From Acutalibacter sp. (lineage in GTDB: Bacteria; Bacillota; Clostridia; Oscillospirales; Acutalibacteraceae), in NCBI GenBank assembly GCA_022511515.1, contig JAFLRP010000128.1:3851-67850 (forward strand): DNA of 64,000 nucleotides, given 5' to 3'. Positions 55,353 through 64,000 of this stretch are shown one piece after another (positions within the stretch are counted from its first letter, which is position 1; the number at the start of each line of letters is the position of its first letter). A program made the translations under genes and the position numbers. The notes under the pieces are model-generated. The model was given only the letters and a program-made list of their open reading frames with translations, was not told the origin of the DNA and ran no database searches.

Positions 55353-56165
55353 TTAGATTTTTTCGATGTTGATCCGCTCCGTACGGCCCTCGATGCTGTG
55401 TCCGAGAAAAAGTCCTGCCACAGAGGTGAAGCCTTCGGGATCGTCCGTCACAAAATAGCTTGCTTTTCTGGGGACATTCCCGTCGCAGAGCAGCCCCTGC
55501 TCCTGTAAGGCGGAAGCCAGCGCCAGCGCCGCTTCCCGGCCACTGTCGATCAGAGTGACGGATTTGCCCATCACAGAGCCGATGGTGGCGCTGATGATGG
55601 GGTAATGGGTGCAGCCCAAAATCAGTGTATCCACACCCTTTTCCCGAATGGGGGCAAGGTATCGCTCCGCCACCAAGCGAGTGATCTCCTCCTGCGGGGA
55701 GATAAAGGCGTTTTCCACCAGGGGCACAAACAGGGGACAGGCCTGGGGGTAGACCTCCAATTCGGAATGGATCGCCAAAAGCGCCTGACGGTAGGAATCG
55801 CTGTGAATGGTGGCGCTTGTGCCGATAATGCCGATTTTTCCGTTTTTGGTGGCGGCGGCCGCGGCCTTGGCGGTGGGGACGACCACGTCAAAATAGGGGA
55901 CGGGCAAACTTGCGCCGATGTCTGCGGCAGTGGAGCTGACTGTGCCGCAGGCGGCAAGGACCGCCTTCACATTTTGCCCGATGAGGAAGTCCATATCCTG
56001 TTTCGCGTAGGTCCGAACTGTCTCCCGGCTGCGGGTGCCGTAGGGGACACGCCCCGTGTCGCCGAAATAGACGATGCTCTCCTTTGGCAGCGCCAGTTCC
56101 AGTTCCTTCACGGCGGTGAGCCCGCCCAGCCCGGAATCAAATACGCCGATGGGACGGTTATCCAT
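55353..56165 (-). CDS. murI: glutamate racemase
   Basis: IGVFDSGLGGLT, ACGTVS and LGCTHYP are present. Confidence 0.92.
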   Translation of the reverse strand: MDNRPIGVFDSGLGGLTAVKELELALPKESIVYFGDTGRVPYGTRSRETVRTYAKQDMDFLIGQNVKAVLAACGTVSSTAADIGASLPVPYFDVVVPTAKAAAAATKNGKIGIIGTSATIHSDSYRQALLAIHSELEVYPQACPLFVPLVENAFISPQEEITRLVAERYLAPIREKGVDTLILGCTHYPIISATIGSVMGKSVTLIDSGREAALALASALQEQGLLCDGNVPRKASYFVTDDPEGFTSVAGLFLGHSIEGRTERINIEKI

Positions 56166-57261
56166 TTGCTTTCAGCGACCTTTCCTTTTTCTGAAACGCC
56201 AGTTCCACCAGCCGATCTAACAATTCGCTGTAGCTCATGCCGGCGTGCATCCACAGCTTGGGATACATGCTGATGGAGGTGAAGCCCGGCAAGGTATTGA
56301 TCTCGTTCAAAATCACCCGGTGGTCGCCCTCGGTGACAAAAAAGTCTACGCGGGCAAGGCCGGAGCACCCCAGCCAGCGGTAGGCCCGCACGGCCGTCTG
56401 CCGGATTTTTTCCGCTGTTTCCTCATCGATCCTTGCGGGAATAAACAACTGGCTGGTGCCGTTGATGTATTTGTCCTCATAGTCGTAGAAAGCAGCGGAA
56501 GCCCCGATCTCTCCCACGGGGGAGGCATCTGCTTCCCGGTTGCCCAGCACGGCGCATTCTACTTCCTGCCCGACAATGCCCTCTTCCACCACGATCTTGG
56601 AATCTTCTTTCATGGCCTTGCGGATGGCCTCGTCCAAGTCCTCCTTGCGGTCCACCTTGCTGACGCCGACAGAAGAACCGGCGTTGGCGGGCTTGACGAA
56701 CACGGGGAAGTTGAGGCGGGCTTCGATCTTAGCTTTAATCGTATCTGCCGCCACGTCGAAGCGGTCGGCGTAGAACCACAAATAATGGGCCTGCTCAATA
56801 TTGGCGGCAGACAGCAGAGTGTGGGTGACGGCTTTGTCCATGCACACGGCAGAGGACAAGGTGTTGCAGCCCACGTAGGGAATGCCGGAGAGCTGGAACA
56901 GCCCCTGAATGGTGCCGTCCTCGCCGTTCTTTCCGTGGAGGGCGGGGAAGATACAATCCAGCGGGATGATCTGCGCCCCGGTGTCTTTCAGGATTACCAG
57001 CCCGTGAACGGTGGGATCGGGGGACAAAAAGGCGGGGGTGGTGAGTTCCGGCGTTTCCCATTCTCCGGCGGACAGCATTTTCGTGTCCCCGGTGTAGAGC
57101 AGCCATTTTCCCTCTTTGGTGATACCCACCCGATAGATTTCGTACTTTTCGGCGTCCAAATTGTCAATGATGGACGCGGCGGACATGAGGGAGACCTCGT
57201 GCTCGGAAGAGACCCCGCCGAAAATCACGGCGATTTTGATTTTTTGCCCTGTGGAAGTCAT
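56158..57261 (-). CDS. ddl: D-alanine--D-alanine ligase
   Basis: KIAVIFGGVSSEHEVSL, HGKNGEDGTIQGL and NEINTLPGFTSISMYPKLW are present. The start is probably MTSTGQ at 57261. Confidence 0.9.
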   Translation of the reverse strand: MTSTGQKIKIAVIFGGVSSEHEVSLMSAASIIDNLDAEKYEIYRVGITKEGKWLLYTGDTKMLSAGEWETPELTTPAFLSPDPTVHGLVILKDTGAQIIPLDCIFPALHGKNGEDGTIQGLFQLSGIPYVGCNTLSSAVCMDKAVTHTLLSAANIEQAHYLWFYADRFDVAADTIKAKIEARLNFPVFVKPANAGSSVGVSKVDRKEDLDEAIRKAMKEDSKIVVEEGIVGQEVECAVLGNREADASPVGEIGASAAFYDYEDKYINGTSQLFIPARIDEETAEKIRQTAVRAYRWLGCSGLARVDFFVTEGDHRVILNEINTLPGFTSISMYPKLWMHAGMSYSELLDRLVELAFQKKERSLKANG

Positions 57262-57362
57262 GCTGTGATCACATCCCGGTTTCAAAATTTATTTAGTAAT
57301 ATAAAGATCGCGTAGAGTCAAATCCCAAACATTATACAGTATGAAGGAAAAATTATCAACCA

Positions 57363-58535
57363 CTAAGAATTCTTCCCGGAGAAAAAAGTGTTGAGCCGTT
57401 CGCAGAAGACGGTCATCAGGCCGATGGTCAGCAGCAAAAACCAAGGAAAAATGGAGATGGAAGTCCGCACCGCTAAAAAACCCAGCAGCGGCGGCATGAC
57501 GGTGGAGCCGAAATATTGTATCGCCATTTGCAGCCCCATGACCGTCTGGGAAGCGGATCTGCCGAAGCGGACAGGGGTCTCCCGGAGCATGGCGGGGTAC
57601 AGCGGCGCGCACCCCAGTCCGAACAGCGTGAGCCCTGTTACCGTCACCGGCAGGGGGAAGGGCAGCAGCAGGAAAACCGCCCCCACGCCGCAAAGTCCCT
57701 GTCCTATGCGGGTGAGCAGCCTGCCGGAGAGCTTTTCGGAAAGCAGTCCGGATAAAAATCTGCCTGCGGCAATTCCGCCGTAAAACAGAGAGGTGCACAA
57801 GGCCGCGTCCTCTGCCGGCACGCCCCGCTGCTCCGCCAGAAAACTGCTGGCCCAGAGCCCGGTGGAGATTTCCAGCGAGCAATAGCAGAACAGGGCGATC
57901 AGCGATGTCCTGACCCCCGGCAGCTTCAGGGCAAACAGGTTTCCCATGGGCTTTTCCCGTTCTTTTTCGCTGCTCTGCACCACGATTTCCTGACGCTTCC
58001 ACAGCGGCAGAGAAACTCCCAAGATCAGCACCAGTCCAAATTGAAGGAACGCCACGGTGCGGTAGCCCATGCGCCAGCTTTCCCCCTGTGCCAGCCAGAA
58101 GGACATGATGACAGGCCCGCTCATGGCTCCCAAGCCCCAAAAACAATGGAGAAAATTCATGTGGCAAGGCTTGTAATGGAGCGCCACGAAATTGTTGAGC
58201 CCCGCGTCCACTGCCCCCGCCCCCAAGCCCAGAGGGACAGCGGGCAGAAGCAGCCAGAAAAACCGATGGGAGCAGGAAAAGCCCAGCAGCGACAAGGCGG
58301 TGAGCAGCACGCTGAAAAAGGCCACTTTTCCCGTGCCGAAGCGGTGCAGCAGCCGGCTGCTGAGCAGGCTGGAAACCATAGTTCCCAGAGAGATCACCAA
58401 AGAGACCGCCCCCGCCATGTCCAGTCCCACGCCCAAGTCGCTCCGCATGGCGGGCCAGCCCGCGCCCAGCATGGTGTCCGGCAGCCCCAGACTGACAAAG
58501 GCAAGATAAATCACAAGCAGCAAAGCGGTAGTCAT
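57363..58535 (-). CDS. MFS transporter
   Basis: It has a 12-TM profile and MFS loop motifs (GRLLTRIG-like). Confidence 0.8.
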   Translation of the reverse strand: MTTALLLVIYLAFVSLGLPDTMLGAGWPAMRSDLGVGLDMAGAVSLVISLGTMVSSLLSSRLLHRFGTGKVAFFSVLLTALSLLGFSCSHRFFWLLLPAVPLGLGAGAVDAGLNNFVALHYKPCHMNFLHCFWGLGAMSGPVIMSFWLAQGESWRMGYRTVAFLQFGLVLILGVSLPLWKRQEIVVQSSEKEREKPMGNLFALKLPGVRTSLIALFCYCSLEISTGLWASSFLAEQRGVPAEDAALCTSLFYGGIAAGRFLSGLLSEKLSGRLLTRIGQGLCGVGAVFLLLPFPLPVTVTGLTLFGLGCAPLYPAMLRETPVRFGRSASQTVMGLQMAIQYFGSTVMPPLLGFLAVRTSISIFPWFLLLTIGLMTVFCERLNTFFSGKNS

Positions 58536-58627
58536 GGTATTCCTCCCAGATTTGTGTTAGGTTTTTTCCCTAGTGATACCCGTTGCGCAGGCCAGTGTGT
58601 GCCTATTTTCAGTGTCATAGTTGGGCG

Positions 58628-58675
58628 GAAGATAGCCCAAAGGCTATCTTCTCGAAGTTTCCTTTCGGAAACTTC
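58628..58675 (-). promoter_or_regulatory. two tandem perfect hairpins in the 5' leader of the MFS gene
   Basis: GAAGATAGCC-CAAA-GGCTATCTTC (58628..58651) and GAAGTTTCC-TTTC-GGAAACTTC (58654..58675) lie 2 nt apart, ~100 nt upstream of the MFS start. Confidence 0.35.
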
Positions 58676-58963
58676 CCTTCATTTGGAATGTGGGCTTCGC
58701 CCCCTATGAACCCTTTTTTCAAAGCAGATAGTTTGCGACCTTCCGTGGGTCTTTTAGGGAGCGGAGCTCCCTGAAAGCGTCCTCGCACGCGGCACTACTG
58801 ACGAAAGAGTAGAGATTGGAACGTGCGAAAGCAGGAAGCAGGGGAAAGAATTTTCAACGGCAAATGCAGGTCAACTCAGTCGTCCTGTGGAAAAAAAGAT
58901 AGACTTTTTCCCGGCGCCGTGTTATACTGTTAGCCGAAAAAAGCTAATGGAGTTGATTTCATT

Positions 58964-59746
58964 TTGGATTTTCAAGCGTTTACTTTGATACAGGATGGGT
59001 TGGCGGAAGAGCTTCAAAAACAGGGCTTCCACGGTCCTGAGCCGTTGGAGTTTGAAAAGGGCACAGCGGTATCCTACGCCACGGAAGAAGTGGCGTACTG
59101 TCTGCGGTATGACAATTCCGCTCAGCGCTTTGAGCTCTGCTCCGCTCTGATCTCCCCCTCCGGCGAAGTGGGAGACTGGCGCAGCCTTTCCCTGTGGCTC
59201 TTTGACGAAAAAGAGGGAGACCGCCGGGACGCGGAAAGCATTTTGAACGATTTTCTGGATGTGGTGCGCGGCCCGAAGCGGGTCGCCGTGGTGCAGCAAA
59301 AGCGCAAGCGGGGCAAGGATGACGAGAGAAATGTAGATCCCATGTTCTTCATAAACCGCCTGGCAGGCCTGTTTCCTGAGCTGAAAAACGACCTGAACGA
59401 GGAAAGGATCCTGTACGGGCAGGTGCGGTATGTCACATTCGTCAAGCAGAAGGTTTCGCCTCTCTGTGAGGAGCTGGCGGCGAAGAATCCCGACAGCGAC
59501 CTTTGCAAAAAGCTCTGTGCCCTCTTAGACGATATGTACAAGAACGGCGATCTGAACGTGCGCTCCATCGTCACCTGTTCCCTCCTTAATACTATGAGCG
59601 ACGGGGCCTTTGCGTCACTGCAGGACAGGCTGGGCGAAGAGCTGCAGAAGGATATCAAACACACCAGAAAGCTGAAAGATAAGAAAATCAAGCCCGAAAA
59701 GCCCAAGAAGGAAAAGAAAAAGGTGCAGGCCCGTTTAGGAGGCTAA
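58964..59746 (+). CDS. hypothetical protein with Lys-rich C-terminal tail
   Basis: This is a 260-codon ORF with a TTG start and host-like composition. I do not recognise a family. Confidence 0.5.
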   Translation: MDFQAFTLIQDGLAEELQKQGFHGPEPLEFEKGTAVSYATEEVAYCLRYDNSAQRFELCSALISPSGEVGDWRSLSLWLFDEKEGDRRDAESILNDFLDVVRGPKRVAVVQQKRKRGKDDERNVDPMFFINRLAGLFPELKNDLNEERILYGQVRYVTFVKQKVSPLCEELAAKNPDSDLCKKLCALLDDMYKNGDLNVRSIVTCSLLNTMSDGAFASLQDRLGEELQKDIKHTRKLKDKKIKPEKPKKEKKKVQARLGG

Positions 59747-59829
59747 AGATTGCAAACGCTGGGGAGGATATCCCCAGCGTTTCAGCGCAACGCCTTTTTT
59801 GCACATAGGAAAAGTTTTGAAAAAATATA

Positions 59830-59858
59830 TTGACAGACTGGACAGACCATGGTATACT
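59830..59858 (+). promoter_or_regulatory. sigma-A promoter upstream of rpmG-secE-nusG
   Basis: TTGACA, a 17-nt spacer, then TGgTATACT (extended -10). Confidence 0.5.
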
Positions 59859-59958
59859 TGCCTTACCTCGGAAAAGAGGTTCTTTTTTTGCTACGGATTT
59901 TTCGCAGCCCGAGGGAGGCAAGCAAGAAAAAAATATCCGAGTAACGGAGGTGCCGACA

Positions 59959-60108
59959 ATGAGAGTGAAGATCGTTTTGGCCTGCACGGAATGCAAGCAG
60001 AGAAACTATCTGAGCAAGAAGGAAAAGAAAAACAATCCCGACAGACTGGAAATGAACAAGTATTGCAGATTCTGCCGGAAGCACACCCTGCACAGGGAAA
60101 CCAAGTAA
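59959..60108 (+). CDS. rpmG: 50S ribosomal protein L33
   Basis: The translation is [54 protein letters not shown] lies upstream. Confidence 0.92.
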   Translation: MRVKIVLACTECKQRNYLSKKEKKNNPDRLEMNKYCRFCRKHTLHRETK

Positions 60109-60120
60109 GGAGCGGAGAAC

Positions 60121-60357
60121 ATGGCAGAGAATGAGAAGAAGACCAATGCCGTTGTCAAATTCTTTCAGCGTGTCATCAAGTTTTTCCGTGACTGCAAGGG
60201 CGAACTGAAGAAGATCGTGTGGCCTACCCCCAAGTCGGTATTTAAAAGCACCGGCGTTGTGTTGGTCACCATCGTGATCCTGGGTCTGTTCGTCTTTCTC
60301 CTGGACACGGGCTTCATGAACCTGTTGGGTTTGGTAATGGACGTCGCCAAAGTCTAA
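60121..60357 (+). CDS. secE: preprotein translocase subunit SecE
   Basis: ...FFRDCKGELKKIVWPTPKSV... is followed by a single TM. The position between rpmG and nusG is conserved. Confidence 0.85.
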   Translation: MAENEKKTNAVVKFFQRVIKFFRDCKGELKKIVWPTPKSVFKSTGVVLVTIVILGLFVFLLDTGFMNLLGLVMDVAKV

Positions 60358-60449
60358 AAATGATCGCAAAGCAATCATTTTTGACGGCGCGAAACGCGCC
60401 AATGATAATTTGGCGGCAATTCCGTTTGACTTGAAACGGAGGGTACAAA

Positions 60450-60971
60450 GTGGCAGACGAAGCGAAATGGTATGTGGTGCATACCTATTCCGGTTACGAA
60501 AACAAGGTGGCTTCCAATCTGGAGAAGACGGTGGAAAACCGGCAGCTCCAGGACTTGATTCAGGAAATTCGCGTGCCCACTGAGACGGTGACGGAGATCA
60601 CTGAGGCGGGCAAGCGCAAGGAAGTGGAGCGCAAAATTTTCCCCGGCTATGTCATCGTCAAGATGATCATGACCGATGAATCCTGGTACGCGGTCCGGAA
60701 TATCCGGGGCTGCACCGGGTTCGTGGGCCCCTCCTCCAAGCCCGTCCCCCTGACGGAGGACGAGGTGGAGAGATTGGGTATCGAGCAGCGCAGCGTGGAA
60801 GTCAGCTATCAGGTGGGCGATTCCGTGAACATCGTAGACGGTCCTCTGGAGGGCTTTATCGGCACTGTGGAGGAGATGGACGTGGCGAAGAACCGTGTCC
60901 GCGTGGTGGTTTCCATGTTCGGACGGGACACCCCGGTGGAATTGGAGCTGGATCAGGCAGAGCCTGTGTAA
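60450..60971 (+). CDS. nusG: transcription termination/antitermination factor NusG
   Basis: KWYVVHTYSGYENKV and the KOW region GDSVNIVDGPLEGFIGTVEEMD are present. Confidence 0.93.
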   Translation: MADEAKWYVVHTYSGYENKVASNLEKTVENRQLQDLIQEIRVPTETVTEITEAGKRKEVERKIFPGYVIVKMIMTDESWYAVRNIRGCTGFVGPSSKPVPLTEDEVERLGIEQRSVEVSYQVGDSVNIVDGPLEGFIGTVEEMDVAKNRVRVVVSMFGRDTPVELELDQAEPV

Positions 60972-61176
60972 CGGCGAAATTCCGCAAGACAAAAGTTCCA
61001 GTCAAAAGGTTTCCGCAAGGAAACTTTGAGAAGGTCGTCCGCAGGACGAACTTTTGCGGTTTATCCGCTTTGAGCCGGGACGGTTTCAATGAGACTTGTC
61101 CCCTTGTGGGAGGCGCAGACGAAATCTTATCTCACGGCTGTGCCGCAATTACCACGTTTTTTGGAGGTGCAAAAAC

Positions 61177-61602
61177 ATGGCACAAAAGGTTGTGGGCTTC
61201 ATTAAGCTCCAGATCCCTGCCGGAAAAGCGACCCCGGCACCGCCTGTCGGTCCTGCACTGGGTCAGCACGGCGTAAACATCATGGCATTCACGAAGGAAT
61301 TCAACGAGCGCACCAAGAATGACATCGGGCTTATCATCCCCGTGGTCATCACCGTGTACGCCGATCGTTCCTTCACCTTTATCACCAAGACGCCCCCTGC
61401 CGCCGTTCTCATCAAGAAGGCCTGCGGCATTGAGACTGCCTCCGGTGAGCCCAACAAGAAGAAAGTTGCAAAGATCACCCGTGAGCAGGTGCAGAAGATC
61501 GCCGAGCAGAAAATGCCCGACTTGAACGCTGCTACCCTTGAAACGGCGATGAGCATGATCGCAGGTACTGCCCGCAGCATGGGCGTTGAAGTAGAAGACT
61601 GA
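61177..61602 (+). CDS. rplK: 50S ribosomal protein L11
   Basis: The translation begins [43 protein letters not shown]. Confidence 0.95.
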   Translation: MAQKVVGFIKLQIPAGKATPAPPVGPALGQHGVNIMAFTKEFNERTKNDIGLIIPVVITVYADRSFTFITKTPPAAVLIKKACGIETASGEPNKKKVAKITREQVQKIAEQKMPDLNAATLETAMSMIAGTARSMGVEVED

Positions 61603-61655
61603 TCCCTTGGTGGGAGGAAATACTTCATCCGATATTTACCACTGGAGGAAATACT

Positions 61656-62348
61656 ATGAAACACGGAAAGAAATATGTGGAAGGCGCGAAGCAGATTGAT
61701 CGCGCCAAGCTCTATGATACCAACGAGGCTCTGGACCTCTGCATCAAGACCGGCACGGCGAAGTTCGACGAGACCGTGGAGCTTCACGTCAAGCTGGGCG
61801 TTGACGGCCGTCACGCCGACCAGCAGGTCCGCGGCGCTCTGGTGCTGCCCAACGGCACCGGCAAAAACGTGCGTGTGCTGGCCATTTGCAAGGGCGATAA
61901 TATCGACGCCGCAACGGCTGCCGGTGCGGATTACGCCGGCGCTGAAGAAATGGTACAGAAGATCCAGTCCGAGGGCTGGATGGACTTCGACGTGCTGATC
62001 ACCACGCCCGACATGATGGGTCTGGTAGGCCGTCTCGGTAAGGTCCTTGGCCCCCGGGGCCTGATGCCCAACCCCAAGGCCGGTACCGTGACCCCCGACA
62101 TTGCCAAGGCCGTTCAGGAAGCCAAGGCCGGTAAGATCGAGTACCGTCTGGACAAGACCAACATCATCCATTGCTCCATCGGCAAGGTATCCTTCGGCGC
62201 TGAAAAGCTCCAGGAGAACTTCGACGCCGTTATGGACGCCATCGTGAAGGCAAAGCCCTCCGCAGCGAAAGGACAGTACGTCCGCTCCTGCGTGGTCAGC
62301 TCCACCATGGGCCCCGGCGTGAAGATCAACCCCGCCAAGTTTGTCTGA
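61656..62348 (+). CDS. rplA: 50S ribosomal protein L1
   Basis: ...[34 protein letters not shown]... is present. Confidence 0.95.
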   Translation: MKHGKKYVEGAKQIDRAKLYDTNEALDLCIKTGTAKFDETVELHVKLGVDGRHADQQVRGALVLPNGTGKNVRVLAICKGDNIDAATAAGADYAGAEEMVQKIQSEGWMDFDVLITTPDMMGLVGRLGKVLGPRGLMPNPKAGTVTPDIAKAVQEAKAGKIEYRLDKTNIIHCSIGKVSFGAEKLQENFDAVMDAIVKAKPSAAKGQYVRSCVVSSTMGPGVKINPAKFV

Positions 62349-62429
62349 TTTTTTGAAAGAATGCATACCCGCCGGATTTTCACTCGGCGGGTATTTTCTC
62401 TTTTCATGAAAGAAAAATGCGAAAAAGGA

Positions 62430-62458
62430 TTGACAACCTGTATCCTTTATGATATGAT
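62430..62458 (+). promoter_or_regulatory. sigma-A promoter of rplJ-rplL
   Basis: TTGACA, a 17-nt spacer, then TGaTATGAT (extended -10). Confidence 0.5.
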
Positions 62459-62761
62459 ACTTTCGCTGTCCAACCAAAGACAGCAGGCGTCCGCAGGCGG
62501 GCTGAGCAAGGGAACCGAATACGGGAACCGTGCTAAGGGACCGAAATGGAACCTGTCCGCAGTGGACTGAAATGGGAAACCGGCCTGCCGAGGAAAGAAT
62601 AGCGCATGGAAAAGGGGGGGGGCGCTCGTTTAGAGCATACCCTGAGGAATATCTCAGAAGTCCCTCTGCCAATAGCTTGCATTCCAGCGTCTTTCCCGGT
62701 CTTTCCGGCGGAAAGACGCTTTTTGATTTGGACAATCCCATCTTATCGGAGGTGAAACGAT
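62459..62761 (+). ncRNA. probable L10(L12)4 autoregulatory leader of rplJL
   Basis: A ~300-nt structured, GC-rich untranslated leader lies between the promoter and the rplJ start, as in other Firmicutes. I did not verify the structure. Confidence 0.35.
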
Positions 62762-63292
62762 TTGCCCAGCGAGAAGGTTCTGGAACAAAAGAAGCAGCAT
62801 GTGGCCGATTTGGCGGAAGCCTTCAAGAATGCCAACGTAGGCGTATTGGTCAACTACAAAGGCATCACCGTGGAGGAAGACACCAAGCTGAGAAAGCAGT
62901 TGCGCGAGGCCGGATGCCAGTATAAGGTGATCAAGAACACCCTGCTGCACCGCGCTTTTGAGAAGGCTGAGATCGACGGCATGGACGAGTACCTGACCGG
63001 TACCACCGCCGTGGCTTACAGCGAGAACGGCTACACCGAGGCCCCTAAGATCCTGTCCGACTATGCGAAGGGTCACGAGGATTTCCAGATCAAGTCCGGC
63101 TTTATCGACGGCAGTGCAGTGGATGCCGCAGGCATCAACGAACTGGCTAAGCTGCCCTCTAAGGAAGTCCTTATTGCTCAGGTTCTGGGCGGCTTCAATG
63201 CCCCGATTCAGGGCTTCGCCAATGTGCTCAGCGGCACTGTGCGCGGTCTGGTCATTGCCCTGAATGCCATCGCGGAAAAGCAGTCTGCTTGA
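62762..63292 (+). CDS. rplJ: 50S ribosomal protein L10
   Basis: (M)PSEKVLEQKKQHVADLAEAFKNANVGVLVNYKGITVEEDTKLRKQLREAG is present. It has a TTG start. Confidence 0.92.
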   Translation: MPSEKVLEQKKQHVADLAEAFKNANVGVLVNYKGITVEEDTKLRKQLREAGCQYKVIKNTLLHRAFEKAEIDGMDEYLTGTTAVAYSENGYTEAPKILSDYAKGHEDFQIKSGFIDGSAVDAAGINELAKLPSKEVLIAQVLGGFNAPIQGFANVLSGTVRGLVIALNAIAEKQSA

Positions 63293-63386
63293 TTTTCCGC
63301 CCATCATTGATCGTCAAAAGCAAGTAAAAAACATTTGGGATTTTTGAAATGGATCCCACATCTAAACAAAACGGAGGTTTTTTATC

Positions 63387-63770
63387 ATGTCTGAGAAGGT
63401 AACCAATCTGATTGAAGAAGTTAAGGCTCTTACTGTTCTGGAACTGTCCGAGCTGGTCAAGGCTCTGGAAGAGGAGTTCGGCGTTTCCGCCGCTGCTCCC
63501 GCCGCTGTTGCTGTTGCTGCTCCCGCTGCCGGTGGCGCTGCCCCCGCTGCTGAGGAGAAGTCCGAGTTCGACGTGATCCTGAAGTCCGCCGGCGCCAACA
63601 AGATCAACGTGATCAAGGTTGTCAAGGAAGCCACCGGCCTGGGCCTGAAGGAAGCCAAGGCTCTGGTCGACGAGGCCCCCAAGACCGTCAAGGAAGGCGC
63701 TTCCAAGGACGACGCGGAAGCCCTGAAGAAGTCTCTGGAAGAGGCCGGCGCAGAGGTCGAGCTGAAGTAA
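63387..63770 (+). CDS. rplL: 50S ribosomal protein L7/L12
   Basis: [24 protein letters not shown] is followed by an Ala/Pro hinge, then [28 protein letters not shown]. Confidence 0.95.
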   Translation: MSEKVTNLIEEVKALTVLELSELVKALEEEFGVSAAAPAAVAVAAPAAGGAAPAAEEKSEFDVILKSAGANKINVIKVVKEATGLGLKEAKALVDEAPKTVKEGASKDDAEALKKSLEEAGAEVELK

Positions 63771-63792
63771 TTTCACGCCCCGTAAAAAATCA

Positions 63793-63825
63793 GATGGACT
63801 GCCAAAAGGCAGCCCATCTTTTTTT
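63793..63825 (+). terminator. intrinsic terminator after rplL
   Basis: GATGGACTGCC-AAAA-GGCAGCCCATC (one mismatch) is followed by TTTTTTT. Confidence 0.6.
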
Positions 63826-64000
63826 ATTCGTCTGCTTCCGGAAAAACCGGCTGCGGGTCTTCCAGCCAATAGCGGCTGCCGTTTGCTTCCCGGTCCAAAA
63901 AGCGGTTATTGTACAGCTCGCGGCGCAGAGTGGCGGGGTCCCCAAACAGGTGCCACCGGTTCAAAAGTTCGTTGACTTCCTGCTCCGTGTAGACTTTCCC
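63824..64000 (-). CDS. C-terminal end of a DUF2087-like protein (5' part outside the window)
   Basis: My own minus-strand translation is ...GKVYTEQEVNELLNRWHLFGDPATLRRELYNNRFLDREANGSRYWLEDPQPVFPEADE-stop. Confidence 0.5.
   Translation of the reverse strand, partial: GKVYTEQEVNELLNRWHLFGDPATLRRELYNNRFLDREANGSRYWLEDPQPVFPEADE

Noticed and set aside
61263-62741. A 492-aa minus-strand ORF runs across rplK, rplA and the rplJ leader.
   Set aside because: It is antisense to highly conserved ribosomal protein genes and has an implausible composition.
1-64000. CRISPR arrays, tRNA genes and rRNA genes.
   Set aside because: I saw no regularly spaced direct repeats and no cloverleaf-like or rRNA-like segments while reading the intergenic regions. 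The only phased repeats are the two 26-nt units at 19756 and 19816.

Overview
This 64 kb window comes from a spore-forming, high-G+C Firmicute. Gene content and composition suggest a Clostridia/Oscillospirales-like organism, but that is inference. The host backbone carries a MATE pump, a split ChrA pair, anSME plus a Cys-type sulfatase, an acyltransferase and a GDSL hydrolase. It continues with sigK, a DUF421 gene, a gerA-type germinant receptor operon, an asnB/ATP-grasp/Asp-racemase/methyltransferase cluster, leuA-leuB, argS, murI, ddl, an MFS transporter and the rpmG-secE-nusG-rplK-rplA-rplJ-rplL cluster. The dominant structure is a split sigK gene: the 5' part is at 7231..7563 and the 3' part at 34427..34786. 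They are separated by a ~26.9 kb skin-like intervening element. The element is bounded by a 9-bp direct core repeat (ATAGAAAAT) and carries a SpoIVCA-like large serine recombinase at its right edge. The cargo is mosaic:
- an XRE double-HTH ORF
- an AAA ATPase
- a decayed Fic gene
- an AT-rich 5-6 gene operon (11.6-17.0 kb)
- a nested tyrosine integrase
- a UvrD-helicase/Cas4-type nuclease gene paired with a Dcm-Vsr fusion
- a PadR / ABC-2 exporter / secreted-protein module
The AT-rich operon combines a DIT1/PvcA(isonitrile-synthase-family)-GNAT fusion, a catalytically degenerate class II aaRS paralogue, a class-V PLP enzyme, a Pro1 tautomerase-like protein and a glycine-zipper/winged-helix protein. 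It is the best candidate for an undescribed system. I found no rRNA, tRNA or CRISPR array. All calls rest on reading the translations and the DNA by eye; no searches were run.
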